Positions 59,673-64,000 of a stretch of 64,000 bases of DNA are shown here, one piece after another. The stretch spans positions 86,802,001-86,866,000 of the forward strand of contig NC_086097.1 in NCBI RefSeq assembly GCF_963921235.1. Reading direction: 5' to 3'. A model generated the notes under the pieces. That model ran no database searches and was not told the DNA's origin. It worked only from the letters and a program-made list of their open reading frames with translations. The translations under genes were made by a program, and so were the position numbers. Within the stretch, counting starts at the first letter, position 1; each line of letters begins with the position of its first letter. This DNA comes from Mobula hypostoma (taxonomy: Eukaryota).

Positions 59673-60419
59673 TAAGTGCTTTGTTTATAATGTCACTAAT
59701 TACTGAATGCTCACGGGTGAGAGTACATTGTCACTTTACCCGATCTCTTCCCTTGATTTTTTTGTCTTCCTTTAACCCTGCCCCTTTCTCGATTCTTCTT
59801 CATTCACTGCTGCTTCACCAAAAAGTCCTTTACCCATCAAGCTCCTCCCTGTCCTACTTAGATTTTGATAATAGGAACAGAAGTACCTCTGTATTATTAT
59901 GCCTCAGCTATTATATCAAAAGAACACTTTCTCTTTGACCAGAATAATATGTCTTTTCAATATTGCTCTGTACTAAGTCTCCAAATTTGGGAGATGATGA
60001 CAAATCAAGGACAGTTTTCTATGAGGCCATACAGATCATTCCTTGTTTCTCATGATGCATACAAGTGTTACAACCAGCAAACAGAAAATTCGTGAATTTG
60101 AACTAGTTTTGAAGCTTAGTATCACAAGGCCACCTTTGTCTCTTTCACCTTTCTGATGCCAGACTTCTGTTGATGCTACTGTATTGGAGGTCACATGGAT
60201 AAATCTGATTCCTGTGTTTCATGTCATTTTCTCTTCCCTCTCAGAGAGCCTCTAGCCTTACTCTATCTATGATTATTTTTAAGAAGGAAGTTTAGGGGTT
60301 GTGGATCTGAACCCTACATCTTTACACTACTGTTACAGATTTGATAAGTCATGTTGACTGCTTCAACATTGTTTTGTGTTCTACAGACTTTAGCATTAAA
60401 ACTTCAATTTATTTTGCAG

Positions 60420-60478
60420 TACAAAGCGGGTGGATCATTCAAATACCAGGTTGGCATCCCAGCTTGATAGAAACCCAG
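60420..60478 (+). CDS. PCNX1: PCNX1 exon N (TKRVDHSNTRLASQLDRNP); gene continues beyond the window
   Basis: ttgcag acceptor, G|gtagga donor; next expected exon (SDDNNLNSIFYEH...) not seen in the window. Confidence 0.93.
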
Positions 60479-61664
60479 GTAGGATACAAAAGATTTTCTT
60501 CTCAGAAAGTAATTGCAATATACAAGAGCTACTCAGTATACAAGCACTTGACCTGTGTACACACTGTAGTGTGAATCAGAAATCGGGAAACCAGTGGGAT
60601 GTGTTTGCCAGCTGCAGTAGTGCCAAAGGCACTTTTTGCTGGTTGGGAACTCAGTTAGGGCCAATTTCCAACTTGCGTACTGTCTACATTATGACTAGTT
60701 CGCAGGAATGGAAACATGCTGTTACTTCGGGAGTACCTGCAATACGATTCAAACTAAATCTTCATTATAAAGTAAAATTGTGAAGGTGCTTTATATCTGA
60801 ATCAACTACACTACTGCAGCATAATTTGTACAGGTGTTGACTGCATAATGTTGCAGTAGTTTGTTTACCTCATGATTATTAAATTGTAAAATAATGATGT
60901 TGATTGCCATGCTGTATCAAGTTCACCTAGGAGATCAACCCTTCAGTTTGTCTATCTTTTGTTTTAAGACTCTGACTCTAGATAACTTATCCCTTCCTTC
61001 TTTCACTTGTTGTACATTCTGAATACTGATATCGAATCAGAATAAGAACAGGCCATTTGGCTTTCAAGTCTGCTTTGCCATTTACTTAGACCCTAGTGGA
61101 CCTGTAATTTGCTTTATCCTAGGGGTCTATTGACCTCAGTCTTGAAAGCTTCAATTATTCTAACAATCATGCAATTTTGTGGGGAAATTTTCAGATTTCT
61201 GTTTGCTTTTCATGGAAAAATTGCTTTCAATTTTCACCTTAAATGGTCTAACTCAGTTATTAAAGATTATGTTCCCTTAGTTGCTGCTCGTCTTGCTGAG
61301 TTCCTCCTGGATTTTGTGTGTTGCTCTATTTCTTGTTCTTGTTTCCTTAAACAATAGGACTTATTTATCTCAATGAACTGTCTTTAATTACTGATCTTCT
61401 ATTCTCAGAGAATTCAACCAAATTTAAGCAACCTGCACTCATAATCTAATCCTCTAAATTGTAGGATCATTCTGATAAAGCAAGTAATTCTCAAATTATG
61501 TTTTACACCCCCCCCCCCCCGTTAAATCAAAATATCTATAACTTTTCTCTTTCTCAAAAAAATGTCACGGTGATGGGTAAAAATTCTTTTCTTTTCCGAA
61601 TAGAATGTGCAATGTTCTTAATAGGTCTTCAATTCAATTCATTTGAATTATGTGTCAATCATCC

Positions 61665-62160
61665 TGTGCACAGCCCAGTCCATCATGGGTAAAGTCCTCC
61701 CTTTCATTGAGCACATCCACATGGGGTGCTGTTGCAGGACAGCAGCATCCATCATCAGGGACACCACCACGCAGGTCATGTTCTCTTTTGCTGCTGCCAT
61801 CAGGAAGAAGGTACAGGAGCCTCAGCACTCACACTACCAGGCTCAGGAATGGTTATTACCACCAACAGGCTCCTGAACCAGTGGAGATAACTTCACTTAC
61901 TCCATCACTGAACTCTTCCCTGCAGCTATAGACTCACTTTTAAGGAGTCTTCATATCATGTTCTCAATATATGTTGTTTGTTTATTTATTTATTTTTTCT
62001 GTCTTTTGTATTTGCAGTCTGATGTCTTTTGCACATTGGTTGCTTGTCATTGATTCTTTTATGGTTATTGGATTTACTGAATCCAATGCCTGCAAGAAAA
62101 CAAATCTCAGGGTTGTATGTGGTGAAATATATGTACTTTGATAATAAATTTACTTTGAAT
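61665..62160 (+). mobile_element. Rex1-type LINE 3' tail
   Basis: LLPSGRRYRSL motif plus 3' UTR. Confidence 0.75.
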
Positions 62161-63363
62161 TTAATGTTGCTTTGCTCATTTGGAGCCTTACTCTTATAAT
62201 AGACAATGGTGGAACAGTACCAAATGTGCACTTTAGGAATGGTTGCCAGTTTTTCTTATGACACTCAGAAAAAATCTGGTTATTACTTTGTGCATGACAT
62301 TTCTGCATTGCAGTACTGGGTGATGTGCATTCACCAAAACAGTAAAACATTTACACCTTCAAAAAATTTCAAATCTCAATTCAAATACTTTAAATGACTA
62401 GCATAACATTTTCAAATACAAATATGTTGTTAATAAAATGAAAATGACTGGGAACTGTTGCTGATCAGCAAGTTTTTTTCACCCTTGGAACCAGAGTTCA
62501 GATTCATTCAAGGCTAATTCAATTTAAGACAGATTTTTATGAAAGGTATTAAGTATAGTAAAGGCAATTCCAATCTCATTTCTAGTGGTGTTTTGTGGCT
62601 AACTTCAGGCTATAAAAAATATTGGTGCAGGAAATAACAGTGTTGAATTAAAGAGTGCCATTGTAAGATCACAATTCAGATGTATTCCAGAAATAGAATA
62701 GGGAAAGTTCTTCAATGTTGTGCCGCATTGCAATGCACCATTTTATGCTTGAGTATGATATATATTGCCTGTTTGGGGAGTTTCACTTTGATCACATTTC
62801 TCAACTTTTTGGATATCTTTTTCTTTAATTTTTCTACTTGGTTTGATGCTTTCATCCTTCTTGTAGCACCTAAAATTGTCTGAATCAGACTTCCATATTA
62901 CCCTCAAAGATATAATCAGCAGAATTCTTTGTGTTCCAAGGGAAAAGTTATTTGCTTCTATTTCCATAGTGTTGTTTCTTCTTTACCTACCTTACTTTCT
63001 CATTGTCAAGTGCAACTTATTAAATAATGTCTTTGTTGGCTTCCATTTTACCTCAAATTCTACAGGTATCTTATTTTTCTCACGTATCATTCTCCTGTAC
63101 AGACATAATTCCACTGTTAAGGGACCGGGATAATGCACCTTTCTAGTCTCCACTCTGTACTTGCCCTATCTTTATTAATTAGAGGTGGTTATAATTCCAG
63201 AGGTAATAAATTACTCATTGAAATGTATTATTCACCAAATGACAGTAAATCCTTTCATTGGTTAACATTTTCTTTAATAAATCCTGTAATGTTTGTTTCA
63301 ATTGTTTTTCTTCCATGAATGTGTTATCTTGATAACAGTTAAGATGTCCAGGATCATTTAGAG

Positions 63364-63433
63364 CAGGGGTTCCCAACCTAGGGTTCATGGAACCCTTGCT
63401 TTATGATATTGGTCCAAAGGTTGGGAACCCCTG
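63364..63433. mobile_element. 70-bp hAT mini-MITE
   Basis: Perfect 16-bp TIR CAGGGGTTCCCAACCT; degenerate 8-bp TSD ATTTAGAG/ATCTGGAG. Confidence 0.8.
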
Positions 63434-64000
63434 ATCTGGAGGATGTGTATTTCCTCACCTTGTGTCCTCATGAGTTGATTTCCTAATCCAAGCCATGTTA
63501 CCATTGAAGAGTTAAGGAGAATTTATCACAGTGGGCAGCTGGATGAAGTTGAGAAATGAAACTAAGAATAAGGAAAAATGTTTTAAATGCTTAGACTTTA
63601 AATACAATGCACGCGCAGCAATATCATGATTTAAAAATAAACATCTTAATAAGTTTTGAGGCAAATTTACCTGATGATTCGGCAAGAGAACAGGAAAATT
63701 ATTGTAGGGGGAGAGGAAGCAGCATTCTTCTTGGGTTTTTAAGACAAACAATATTAGCTTAGAATGTCATAGTGAACTTAGCTACTGAATAAAAATCTTT
63801 TGTGAATTCATTATATATTTAACGAGCACACATGAATGCACACTTTGCTGTATTAATTTGCTCACTCGTAAGAAATAATTCTATTTTTCTGTCTCAACAA
63901 AGGCACTTAAACAGGTTTAAGTTTCTTTGTTGAAATAGAAGGAAACATAGTCCTGGTCCTTCAGCCTTCATATCTACAATAAACTCCACTTGCTGCCAAT

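Overview
Vertebrate genomic DNA, most likely a cartilaginous fish (ray/skate/shark; inferred from the repeat families). The window holds 14 internal coding exons of a pecanex gene (PCNX1-like, + strand, 1577..60478). They splice in frame to 1640 nt (546 full codons). One intron (57567..59541) has a U12 minor-spliceosome signature. The introns are packed with transposons: a near-full-length CR1-type LINE, many CR1/L2/Rex1 fragments, Penelope-like elements (PLEs), two solo LTRs, two Tc1 elements, hAT MITEs, tRNA-derived SINEs and an RTE-like short retroposon. The most notable non-coding signal is a dispersed set of minimal type-I hammerhead ribozyme motifs in the PLE terminal repeats, plus one variant hammerhead on the gene's sense strand. 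Also present are nested insertions with readable target-site duplications (TSDs), two adjacent long fold-backs and a perfect 3x169 bp tandem. All family assignments come from motif recognition; no database search was run.
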